DNA of 64,000 bases from Candidatus Delongbacteria bacterium (GTDB lineage: Bacteria; CAIWAD01). The stretch lies in NCBI GenBank assembly GCA_963663545.1, contig OY760505.1:3392001-3456000 (forward strand), read 5' to 3'. Made by a program: the position numbers and the translations under genes. This document shows, one piece after another, positions 9,337 to 18,172 of the stretch. Numbering within the stretch: position 1 is the first letter of the stretch; the number at the start of each line of letters is the position of its first letter. Under the pieces are notes generated by a model. The model saw only the letters and a list, made by a program, of their open reading frames with translations, did no database searches and was not told the origin of the DNA.

Positions 9337-9750
9337 ATGTCTAACGAAAGCGCAGATCGAATCCCAGAGTGGTTCGGGGGGAAGAAGCAGAAGTTTGACG
9401 TACTCCACGATCGTGTTCTCCAAGAGCAGAATCTCTATTGGTCTCGATTCGTGGCCTTTTCTGCATTGCACGCTGGGTTGTTCGTAGCATTCGCCGAACA
9501 AGAAGCAGGCACGAGTATTCCGGCAGTACCGATTGCAGGCGCGGTACTCGGAGTTGTCTGGCTTTTAGTCCAGATGGCTAGCTTGCACTACACAAACCGC
9601 AGTAAACCAGAGTATTACAAGCTTTGTGCAGAAGTCGGCCTCAAACCTAGGGAGCATCCAGTATTTCGCCGGATTCTGTCCTCGACTCGAGTAGGGCTGG
9701 TCGTTTGTGTTGCTGCGGCAGGGTTCTGGGGATATGTGCTATCTGCTTAG
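9337..9750 (+). CDS. Integron cassette 1: small membrane protein with about 3 TM helices, unknown function
   Basis: RBS GAGGTG then ATG 9337; three hydrophobic segments; bounded by attI and attC1. Confidence 0.8.
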   Translation: MSNESADRIPEWFGGKKQKFDVLHDRVLQEQNLYWSRFVAFSALHAGLFVAFAEQEAGTSIPAVPIAGAVLGVVWLLVQMASLHYTNRSKPEYYKLCAEVGLKPREHPVFRRILSSTRVGLVVCVAAAGFWGYVLSA

Positions 9751-9756
9751 GCTCCA

Positions 9757-9854
9757 GTATAACAAGCCGTTCAAGCTGACGGCTCGTCCTTGTCACGGTC
9801 CTGGAAGAGCCAGGCCCGTGCCAAGGCCGCCCGCAGCTTAACGCCAGGTTAGTG
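9757..9854 (+). other. attC: attC site 1
   Basis: R'' GTATAAC 9757, L'' GTTCAAGC 9769, imperfect central palindrome, L' GCTTAAC 9836, R' GTTAGTG 9848. Confidence 0.92.
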
Positions 9855-9873
9855 CTCAAGGAGAATCATCGCT

Positions 9874-10663
9874 TTGAATAAAAATGAAGCCAAAAATAGA
9901 TTAGAAGCTTTGAAAGACAGAGTTCAGTTACATTTAAATATGACGAGTGATAGCCAAGAATTTAAAATGGCATAGGGACACCGATGTGGCTATTGAGCGA
10001 ATATTTGGTGAAGGAACACGGCATACACAAGATTTCGAAGATATCAGCTATCACCTTAGCTATTTCACAATTGGTACTCAAGACCCTGAATTTGAAGCGG
10101 CCTATAGAAGTGGTGAAAGTACTGCAATCACTGTTATTGAGTCATTTATTGACGAGATAGAAGAGTATTGGCAGGAAGAAGCGGCTGAATATCATGTAGT
10201 AGAGATTGGCGCTGTTGAAAATAACACTCATTATGAGTCGTTTCCATCAGGTAGCGCGCCAATTAAGAGCAAGATGCTCAGATAGACCAACTATTGAAAT
10301 AGAAGATGAATATAATGTTCAAGATGTATTTCATGAGTTATTGAAGCTCTATTTTGATAACATAAGAGCGGAAGAATACACGCCAAGCTATGCAAGTTTA
10401 GCATCTCGTGTGGAATTTCTTCTTAAGCAAGAGCAAATTGTTATTGAAATTAAAGAACTCGTAAGAATCTGGGTGCCAAGGAAGTTGGTGAGTAACTAAT
10501 AATTGATTCTCAGCGCTATCAATCGCATCCAAATTGTGGTCAGCTAATTTGCTTTGTAAACGATCCAGAGGAGCGTGTAGCTAATCCTCGCGGAATTGAA
10601 AATGATTTAACGAAAGAGATTATTGGTTTTCCTGATGCAGTTTTCATTACATCAGAGCAATAA
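9874..10663 (+). pseudogene. Integron cassette 2: frameshifted PD-(D/E)xK nuclease with a DpnII/MboI-like C-terminal domain
   Basis: Pieces in different frames read EFK-WHRDT..IERIFG..IESFIDEIEEYW / RFHQVARQLR..RPTIEIEDEYNVQD..EEYTPSY..SRVEFLLKQEQIVIEIK / GAKEVGE*LIIDSQRYQSHPNC..ICFVNDPE.RVANPRGIENDL, ending TAA 10661-10663. Confidence 0.8.
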
Positions 10664-10665
10664 TG

Positions 10666-10726
10666 CACTGACAAACGCGTCAATTAGGACGCACGCAAGC
10701 TCGCGCCAATTACGCGGGCGTTAAGT
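10666..10726 (+). other. attC: attC site 2 (R'' AAC mutated to GAC)
   Basis: CACTGAC-AAAC-GCGTCAATT...AATTACGC-GGGC-GTTAAGT; a 61-bp imperfect palindrome. Confidence 0.85.
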
Positions 10727-10746
10727 GCCAAAGCGAGGACCGCTAT

Positions 10747-12342
10747 ATGTTAAAAGAAATCCGGTTGCGTCCGCACATCCGCCTTATGATCGGATTTTCA
10801 GTGCTCATTGCTTTGATGGTTGCTGGTTACTTCGTGTCTGTGAACGTAAAGGAAGATGTAGTATCCCTGCAAACATTGATGATGTTCATAGATGAGTGGG
10901 GTGCATTGATAGGAATCATTCTTACAATTGCTGTTGCATACTTAGTCAGTCTCATTCCATCAAGATTTGACTATGAAGTGAAAAGAATTGCTGATCGACT
11001 TCAATATCCACTTAAGGACTTTGACTCTATTTATGCGAAAACAATAGAATTGGTGGACTGGCTAAACGATGAGCCAGGATCGGAATTCATAATGATATCA
11101 GCGACACCAGTATTCGGTATTGAACTCTCAAGTGCGGAGAGAGAAGTATGGAAGACGAAGATTCGTCAGCGTTTAGTCTCTAGCGGGTGCAAGACGACGA
11201 TTATTTGCAGAGAATGGCAGTCATCTTTAGAGACCGATTCTTCTCCGCTAATGGAGTTTTGTGAGGAAATGGAGAAATATGGGGTTATAGATGGGCAGTC
11301 TACAAGAAATTCGTATGAACTATACTTAAGATCTATCGAAGCACTGTTTGAGTTTGGGGGCTTCCGGGGGTACTCGGACTTCGCGCTGCTATGTGCTCCG
11401 CGCCCTCCAGTCCAAGTGATACTAGCTAGGTCAAACACAGGTAAATCGCGTGGGATCATCTATTTCACATCAATCGCTTCACAAGATAAAGGCCTTGTAG
11501 TATCAGGATTTATGAGTGAGGATGATGAGTGGATTGGTCTAATGCGAGAGATTCTTCGATATGTTAGGCTTCAGGCAAGAGACATTGTGACCGAGTTCTC
11601 CGGAGACTATCGAACTCTTCGTCAGAAGGAACGCTGCAATGAGATGTTACGATATGTGCATTCGCATCCAGAGAAGTATTCAGTATGTGTTGAAGGTCAC
11701 GACTTAGTTGTTTTTCCCTCTGTATTCCCACCAGAGATTGGTCTTGGTAACAGGCTATTGATACAAGCAATTCGGAAGATCGGAAGCAACCTTTTACGCC
11801 ATGGTCATGATGTTGTTGGGATCGACATTGGGACTGGTACAGGTATTCTCGCAATCGAGCTCGCCGAATTCTGTAAAAGCGTGTTTGCAACAGATATTTC
11901 ACCGATTGCTGTGATGAATGCAAGAGAAAACTGTGGTAGACTAGGGCATACTGGTGATATAGTGCATGTACTTCAAGGGAACTTGTTGGATCCAGTGCCA
12001 GTCGGTGATTCAAGTGTTAAGTATCTGGTCGTATTCAATCATCCCTTCTACCCATCACCTCTCGCCGTCTACAACTCGATGGGAAGGGATAAAGCTGGAC
12101 TACCAATTCTACATGAGACAATGAAAGCATTCTCAGGTCGCTTCGGTGATGATTCACTACTTGTTATGCCTTATTCTAGCATCTCGGATGTTCACAATCC
12201 TGTTAGTGCGGCACATGAGCACAATTTGAAGCACATTGAGTATGAATGCTGTGATGACGATGGAGATAGGATTGCGGTCTATCTCATTTCAAAGAATGAG
12301 AAAACGCTACAAAGTCTCATTCCCGCGGAGACTGACACTTAA
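10747..12342 (+). CDS. Integron cassette 3: 2-TM + uncharacterised domain + class I SAM-dependent methyltransferase (HemK/PrmC-like)
   Basis: Two N-terminal hydrophobic helices; C-terminal VFPP, DIGTGTG, DIS..AV..AREN, GNLL and VFNHPF motifs; RBS GAGG. Confidence 0.85.
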   Translation: MLKEIRLRPHIRLMIGFSVLIALMVAGYFVSVNVKEDVVSLQTLMMFIDEWGALIGIILTIAVAYLVSLIPSRFDYEVKRIADRLQYPLKDFDSIYAKTIELVDWLNDEPGSEFIMISATPVFGIELSSAEREVWKTKIRQRLVSSGCKTTIICREWQSSLETDSSPLMEFCEEMEKYGVIDGQSTRNSYELYLRSIEALFEFGGFRGYSDFALLCAPRPPVQVILARSNTGKSRGIIYFTSIASQDKGLVVSGFMSEDDEWIGLMREILRYVRLQARDIVTEFSGDYRTLRQKERCNEMLRYVHSHPEKYSVCVEGHDLVVFPSVFPPEIGLGNRLLIQAIRKIGSNLLRHGHDVVGIDIGTGTGILAIELAEFCKSVFATDISPIAVMNARENCGRLGHTGDIVHVLQGNLLDPVPVGDSSVKYLVVFNHPFYPSPLAVYNSMGRDKAGLPILHETMKAFSGRFGDDSLLVMPYSSISDVHNPVSAAHEHNLKHIEYECCDDDGDRIAVYLISKNEKTLQSLIPAETDT

Positions 12343-12343
12343 C
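12337..12343 (+). other. attC: attC site 3 remnant (R'' box only)
   Basis: ACTTAAC overlaps the stop codon and complements GTTAAGT at 10720; no L'/R' palindrome follows. Confidence 0.65.
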
Positions 12344-12710
12344 ACTTATGATGCCCCCATTGTCAAGAGCGCAGAGATTTTCCCTCCGATTTCTGGCTCT
12401 TTGCGAGACAGGCAAAACCACGATTCCCGCTTTACCACACCACCAGCTCCAGAACAACCCCGCCGCCAAACACAATTTTACCGTTGATCACCAGGACTTT
12501 GCACAACCTGCCCAGCTTCGAGCCCCTGGCCATCTGATTCAAATTCCCTGCCACAGCACCCATGCGGAGAACAGCCGCCACAATCACCGCACCAGTTGCG
12601 GAGAATACGTGCGGATCTGCGGAGAATGTGCTGTAGCTTAGGCAGGAAGACACTTCTGGAATCTGAGAACAGACTGGGATCCCTCCCGCGAGCAAACCAA
12701 AGGAAGCCCC

Positions 12711-13109
12711 ATGCCCCCCTTCACCGACCCCATCAAGCAGGAGATCTGGGCCACCGTGCGCGCCATGAACGATGCCTGGACAAAGGGCGACGGGGAAGAC
12801 CTCACCAACTACTTCCACCGGGACATGCTGGCCATCTCGCCCGTGGACCGCAAGCGTCTTGAGGGCGGCGAGGCCTGTGTCGCCGGCTGGCAGGCCTTCA
12901 GCCGCGCGGCCCGCATTCACCGCTGGGAAGAGCTCGATCCGGTCATTCATGTGTATGGCAATTCGGCGGTGGTGGCCTACTACTACGACATGTCCTTCGA
13001 CATGGGCGGCAAGACCGTCAACACCTCGGGCCGGGACATGTTCTTCTTCGTCTAGGAAGAGGGGAAGTGGTGGGCGGTCGCCGATCAGTTCTCGCCCTAT
13101 CCGGCCTAG
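12711..13109 (+). pseudogene. NTF2/SnoaL-like (DUF4440-type) protein with an internal amber stop
   Basis: Frame reads ...SGRDMFFFV*EEGKWWAVADQFSPYPA*; the TAG at 13053 interrupts the typical terminal strand. Confidence 0.75.
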
Positions 13110-13439
13110 GCGATTCTGTGCTTGGATCCGGACGCGCGAAGTGCCGGGCCAGGGATGGGGCTTGCGCAATCGAGCAGGTGCCTGGCGACGGGGCGGGGAC
13201 CAAGTCTGCGCGCAAGGCAAGATCTCCAGGCCGCTGCGCTATTGCCGATCTGAATCTGCATCCCCAGGCATTTCAGCAATTCGCTCTGCGTGGGCTTGTC
13301 CTTTGAGATAGAACCAGGATCTCTGGTCCTGAAGCGCCAGCTGAATGATTCCTTGCTGGCACTTTCCGCTCCGCTCGACCGTCGCACATAGGTACATTCT
13401 TCAGCATGCAACAGCCCAACTGCCCAGAAAGGAGAACCC

Positions 13440-14606
13440 ATGCGCTTCCTGTCAGCTTTGCTCCCCCTCGTCCTCCTTTGTTCCTGCATTCCTCTGCCCC
13501 ACAAACAGATCGAGCCCGCCGGGATCGACGACGCGTTCAGCCGGGAGCTGCTGTCCTGGCTTGACCGGGAGGCGCAGGTGCCGGAAGCCTATGTGGCCGG
13601 GCTCTTTCGCGAGCACGACGTGGTCTTCCTGGGCGAGCAGCATCGCGTGAAGCACGATGTGGAATTCGTGCAGCATGTGCTGGACGATGTCTACGCGGCC
13701 GGTGTGCATGCGCTGGCGACGGAGTTTGCGCGCCGTGAGGATCAGCCGCTGGTGGATTCCCTGCTTGCGCTGCCGAGCTGGAACGAGGCGCTGGCACGCG
13801 AAATCGTCTTCAGGCAGTTTGTGTTCTGGGGCTATCAGGAATACGTGGATGTCTTTCACGCGGCCTGGCAGTTGAATGCGCAACTTCCGGACGGCGCTCC
13901 CCGCCTGCGCGTTCTCGGAATCAACAATTCGCCGGACTGGAGCCTGTTCCAGACGGTGGAGGACATGCGAAACCCGAAGATGCGCAGGCGCGTGTGGGGC
14001 GGAGCCACGGAGGAGGACTATGCGCGCGTGATCCTGGATGAAGTCCGCGACGGTGGAAAGGTGCTCGTCCATTGCGGCATCCATCATGCGTTCACGCACT
14101 ACCGCCAGCCCATTGTGCGTGAGGGCGCCTTCCTCGAGTTCGACTCTTCTCCCAGATGCGGCAATTATGTGTTTGACGAGATCGGCACCAGATCGCTGAC
14201 CGTGTTCCTGCATGCGCCCTGGGATACGAAGGCAGGGTATGGCGACGAGCTTTGTCATCCGGCCGATGGCGTGATTGATGCGCTCATGACTCAAGCCGGC
14301 CTGCGTAACCTGGGCTTTGACCTCGCGAACAGCCCCTTCGGACAGATCCGCGTACACGATGCAGTTTACATGCATGGCTATGCGGACTTCAAACTGGCGG
14401 ATTTCTGTGACGGCTGGATCTACTTCAAGCCCATTTCCGAGTTCGAAGGCGTAACGCCCATTCCCGACTGGATCAACCCGCAGAACCTGGCGCGTGCGCA
14501 GGCACAGGCGCCGAATCCCCGCTATCGGAGCGTCTCCAGCAAGCGCTTCAACGACGCAATTGCGGCGGACGCCGACATCCACGGACGCTGGGGCTATTTA
14601 CGCTAG
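13440..14606 (+). CDS. Putative lipoprotein, ChaN/EreA-like fold
   Basis: Lipobox-like LLCSC; DVVFLGEQH, ALATEF and VHCGIHHA motifs; RBS AGGAG. Confidence 0.7.
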   Translation: MRFLSALLPLVLLCSCIPLPHKQIEPAGIDDAFSRELLSWLDREAQVPEAYVAGLFREHDVVFLGEQHRVKHDVEFVQHVLDDVYAAGVHALATEFARREDQPLVDSLLALPSWNEALAREIVFRQFVFWGYQEYVDVFHAAWQLNAQLPDGAPRLRVLGINNSPDWSLFQTVEDMRNPKMRRRVWGGATEEDYARVILDEVRDGGKVLVHCGIHHAFTHYRQPIVREGAFLEFDSSPRCGNYVFDEIGTRSLTVFLHAPWDTKAGYGDELCHPADGVIDALMTQAGLRNLGFDLANSPFGQIRVHDAVYMHGYADFKLADFCDGWIYFKPISEFEGVTPIPDWINPQNLARAQAQAPNPRYRSVSSKRFNDAIAADADIHGRWGYLR

Positions 14607-14641
14607 GCACAGGAACCTTGAAGAGAAAACAGGAACTGCAC

Positions 14642-15049
14642 ATGGAATACACTGGCTCGTGCTTGTGCCGGGCGGTCAGCTACAAGGTCGTCGGCGAGTT
14701 TGAGAGCTTCTACCTCTGTCATTGCGGATATTGCCGGAAGGATACGGGTTCCGCGCATGCGGCTAACTTGTTTTCGTCGACCGCCAGGCTTGAGTGGTTG
14801 ACGGGCGAAAGCCAGGTGCGCGTCTTCGAGCTGCCGAACACCCAACATGTGAAGGCCTTTTGCACTAGCTGCGGTTCGGCTTTGCCCAGTCTGCAAATGG
14901 AGGGCGGCTTGCTGGTTGTTCCCGCCGGCAGCTTGGATGTCGAGCTGGACAAGTCGCCCGATGGGCACATCTTCATCTCGAAGAAGGCGAACTGGGATGA
15001 GGCGCTGGAATCTGTGCCCGGCTTTCTACGCTTTCCGCATGAGGAATAG
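14642..15049 (+). CDS. GFA/CENP-V family Zn-binding protein
   Basis: GSCLC..V, CHC..CRK.TG, FC..CGS and P..HIF motifs. Confidence 0.92.
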   Translation: MEYTGSCLCRAVSYKVVGEFESFYLCHCGYCRKDTGSAHAANLFSSTARLEWLTGESQVRVFELPNTQHVKAFCTSCGSALPSLQMEGGLLVVPAGSLDVELDKSPDGHIFISKKANWDEALESVPGFLRFPHEE

Positions 15050-15109
15050 GCTGAGTATCCTGGAGTGCGATTTTGTGTGCCATGCTGACAGAAGCGGGGA
15101 GGCGAGGGC

Positions 15110-15661
15110 TTGAATCTGATTCCTACAACGAGAACCCTCCTGCGTCCCCTTTCCCACGAGGATGCGCTCGCGCTTTTCAACTATCGCAGCCTGCCGGAGG
15201 TCGCCCGCTTCCAGGGCTGGTGCCCGCAGAGCGTGCGCGATGCGGAGGAGTTCATCAGCAGGTCGACGCATCGAGAGAATTGTCCGGAGGGGCGGTGGCA
15301 GCAGTTCGGGATTTTCCTTGCCGAGGCTGCGACACTCATCGGCGATTGCGGATATTGCGCCCAGGCCGATCAGCAGGCCGAGATCGGCTTCACGATTGCG
15401 CCACCCTTTCAGCGAAAGGGGTTGGGGAGGGAAGCGGTGTCCGCGCTTTTGCAGTTTCTGCGTGCCCGGTGCGGAGTCCTCAGGGTGATTGCCCATACGG
15501 ATCCAGACAACAGAGCGTCGAGGGGACTTTTAGAGGGGTTGGGATTCCAACAGGAGCTACTGCTGAAACGCCATGTACTGATTCGTGGGGAATGGAAGGA
15601 TGACCTGCGCTATGGGTACTCTGCGCCGCAGCGAACTCACAACACGAGGTGGCCCGATTGA
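15110..15661 (+). CDS. GNAT acetyltransferase (RimJ/RimL type)
   Basis: T.R.LLRP, LIGDCG, AEIGF.IAP.FQRKGLG.EAV and N.AS..LLE.LGF motifs. Confidence 0.9.
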   Translation: MNLIPTTRTLLRPLSHEDALALFNYRSLPEVARFQGWCPQSVRDAEEFISRSTHRENCPEGRWQQFGIFLAEAATLIGDCGYCAQADQQAEIGFTIAPPFQRKGLGREAVSALLQFLRARCGVLRVIAHTDPDNRASRGLLEGLGFQQELLLKRHVLIRGEWKDDLRYGYSAPQRTHNTRWPD

Positions 15662-16578
15662 TGATTGCGGACAACCCCGCGCAGCTGCTGGAGATACTTG
15701 TCAGCACTGGTGTCGTCTCGATATCAGCCACCGCTACCAAGCTGTCTGCGCGCTCCTGGCGCATCAGCGATCTGTCGAGGGATAAATCGTTTACGGCGAA
15801 ACTCATTCCTGCCCAGGAACAGCAGCTGCTGCGCGGTCTGCGTGAGGCCCACGCGAATCCTCGGGCCATGCGTCCCCTGGTTCAGCCGGTCGACCGCATG
15901 ATTGAGTTTCCCACTGGCACCCTTGCGCTCTTGCCCTGGAGACGTGGTGATACACTGCGTGAGCGGGAGCGACAGCGGCTGCCGGAGTTCTTCGCGGGGC
16001 TGCGTTCCTGGCACAGGAAGAATGCGAAGCAGGCACCGCTCTACTCGCGTTTCACGAAGCAGAACTACCCCTCGATAGCACACTTCCTTGAAGGCGAAGT
16101 GCGCTTTCACATGGAGCTGGCCGGACTGCCAGGAACACCAAACGACTACCTCGACGGCCTCGCGGGTTTGCACCACGGCTTTGTCACCTACTGCCACGGC
16201 GATGTGCACCCGGGTAACATTCTCTTCGATGGCGAGGCCTTCACCCTGCTGGATCCCGAGTATGTGCATGTTGGGCTCAATCTGCTGGAACTGGACTACA
16301 TCGAGTTAGAGGGCGATGACGCTGACCCGGATGCCTGGTGGCAGATCGCGGAGTATGGTCGGGAATGCGTGGCCGCCTACTTTGCTGGCGATGGACATTC
16401 GGCAGAAGTCCTTTATAGAATCATGGGTAGCGTCAAGTTGCTGACCCTGATGCGCAGTGCGTCCAATTCGGTGCTGCATCAAACCGGCAACACGGAGGAG
16501 AGCGTCGCTAAGGTTTTTGATCTTCTACGAGCCAGTTGCGGAGAGGAAGGATCACAAGTGCAGATGGAGAAGCGATGA
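15661..16578 (+). CDS. Aminoglycoside phosphotransferase/choline kinase family protein
   Basis: Brenner motif HGDVHPGN and LLDPE; TGATG coupling with the upstream gene. Confidence 0.8.
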   Translation: MIADNPAQLLEILVSTGVVSISATATKLSARSWRISDLSRDKSFTAKLIPAQEQQLLRGLREAHANPRAMRPLVQPVDRMIEFPTGTLALLPWRRGDTLRERERQRLPEFFAGLRSWHRKNAKQAPLYSRFTKQNYPSIAHFLEGEVRFHMELAGLPGTPNDYLDGLAGLHHGFVTYCHGDVHPGNILFDGEAFTLLDPEYVHVGLNLLELDYIELEGDDADPDAWWQIAEYGRECVAAYFAGDGHSAEVLYRIMGSVKLLTLMRSASNSVLHQTGNTEESVAKVFDLLRASCGEEGSQVQMEKR

Positions 16579-17306
16579 GCACTCACAGCCGGCCTCATCT
16601 TGACGCAAAGCACCTGGCCGTCTGGAACACGCAATCCAGCGGTCCGCTGTCCGTCTTTCCCGATGGCTGCCGTGATCTGATTGCCGTGCTTACTCCCACA
16701 GGCAAGGTCGCCGCCTTCTTCACCGGCCTGGATGCCGCGCCCTACCGGGTGGAAGCCGCACCGGGCACGCGCTATGTGGGCGTGCGTGTGCCAGCGGGCG
16801 TGACACAAAAAGCCAGCGCGGTATTGGGGACGGGGTTCGGTCAGGAGTTGCTTGACGCGGATCGCCTGTGCTGGACGCCTTCCTGCTTTGATCACCCGCA
16901 AGAGTTAGCCGGGCGCATGATCGAGCTGTTGCACGACAGCTTCAGTGCGCCTCTAAGCATCGTCGGTGACTTTCTGCAGGCACTACAGGAGCAACCAGCC
17001 TGTCTGCCCAGGCTGTCTCACAGCACGCGCACGCTGCGACGCCGTATCACGCAGGCCACGGGCCAATCGCCCCAGTTCTGGCTGAGGCTGTATCGCGCAC
17101 GCAGAGCAGGGCGTCTGCTCGTCACCACGCACGAATCGTTGGCTGAAATTGCGCTAAGAACGGGCTACTCCGATCAGGCACACATGACACGCGAGATGCA
17201 GCACTGGTTTGCGCACACACCTAGCGCTCTGCGCAGGGCTTCGGCAAGCACCCGCCATGCGCTCTGTGCGCCGGATGCTTTCACCGGTCTTGTCTGCATG
17301 CTTTGA
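16575..17306 (+). CDS. AraC family transcriptional regulator
   Basis: N-terminal VFPDGC.DL; C-terminal LAEIA...GYSDQAHMTRE; ATGA overlap with the upstream gene. Confidence 0.9.
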   Translation: MSTHSRPHLDAKHLAVWNTQSSGPLSVFPDGCRDLIAVLTPTGKVAAFFTGLDAAPYRVEAAPGTRYVGVRVPAGVTQKASAVLGTGFGQELLDADRLCWTPSCFDHPQELAGRMIELLHDSFSAPLSIVGDFLQALQEQPACLPRLSHSTRTLRRRITQATGQSPQFWLRLYRARRAGRLLVTTHESLAEIALRTGYSDQAHMTREMQHWFAHTPSALRRASASTRHALCAPDAFTGLVCML

Positions 17307-17417
17307 CCAGAATCACCCGAATCCCTGTGTGACACACCTTCTTCCGTAGGATCGGAGCGCGCTGCCGATATTTGTGATACAACGCAGACCAGGCGGATTC
17401 GCTATCCGGTTTCACAA

Positions 17418-17819
17418 CTACGCTTCCAGGAAGTAGGGCTTGAACTCCTCACTGGGTTCGATTTCGTGATAGCAGTAGACGACAATGCCGCTCGGGTCCA
17501 GCAAGCCAAAACCCCGATCGCCCCAGGGGTGATCCTCAAGCGGAATCATTGTTTCCAGCCCGGACTGTGTCAGCCGCGCGTACACTTCGTCCGCATTTGT
17601 CACACGCAGGTTGAGTGTCACGCCGCCCCTGAATTCCGGAGCGCCGTTCTGTGGCTCCATCAGGCAGACTTCCGCTTCTGGCTTCTGTCCGGGAAAACGA
17701 AGGACCACGTACCAACCACAATCGAAGACGGTGCGGGCATCGAAGTGCTGTTCGTAGAAGTGGCGGCTGGCCTGCAGGTTTACTGTGGTGAAGGTGGTGC
17801 TGATGGCTAGGGGCGACAT
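17418..17819 (-). CDS. VOC/glyoxalase family protein
   Basis: S..FYE.HF, D.GWY and EDHPWGDR.F...DP.G motifs. Confidence 0.9.
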   Translation of the reverse strand: MSPLAISTTFTTVNLQASRHFYEQHFDARTVFDCGWYVVLRFPGQKPEAEVCLMEPQNGAPEFRGGVTLNLRVTNADEVYARLTQSGLETMIPLEDHPWGDRGFGLLDPSGIVVYCYHEIEPSEEFKPYFLEA

Positions 17820-18172
17820 GGCTGACCTCAGTTTTGGATTGTGATACACGATCAAGGCCTCAAGGTAGCTGCAGGACTCGTGACAGTCTTGAAGAATTCG
17901 GCCAGCGGAAGTGAGTCAATCGCCGTGATACAGACTGTGAGCTCTGCTATCTTGGAACCGGACCTTTGGTGATGGGCCATCGGACAGCTGCGCAATCCGG
18001 ATCTCGACATGAACATTCGCTATCGCTCCATCTACGGCGAGGAATGGACTTTGATGGGATCGAAGCCCTACCTGCAGAAAGTGAAATAGACGCCAGCGCT
18101 GCCAATTCCAGTCTTGTATTACAATGGAGAGAGTTCGTGCTCGAACGCCGATTTGCAGAAACAGAGGATGCC

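Larger units (their letters stand above)
8604..12343. mobile_element. Degenerate chromosomal integron: truncated intI, attI and three gene cassettes
   Basis: Divergent intI fragment; each cassette starts with GTT and has a complementary R'' box at its end (GTTATAC/GTATAAC, GTTAGTG/CACTGAC, GTTAAGT/ACTTAAC); cassettes are visibly AT-richer than the core genes. Confidence 0.9.

Noticed and set aside
12337..12360. dif-like appearance of ACTTAACACTTATG
   Set aside because: Arm spacing does not fit the 11-6-11 Xer site; it is better explained as the R'' box of a truncated attC.
17966..18172. Upstream extension of the membrane protein ORF
   Set aside because: A good RBS precedes ATG 18173 and the extension has no protein-like features.
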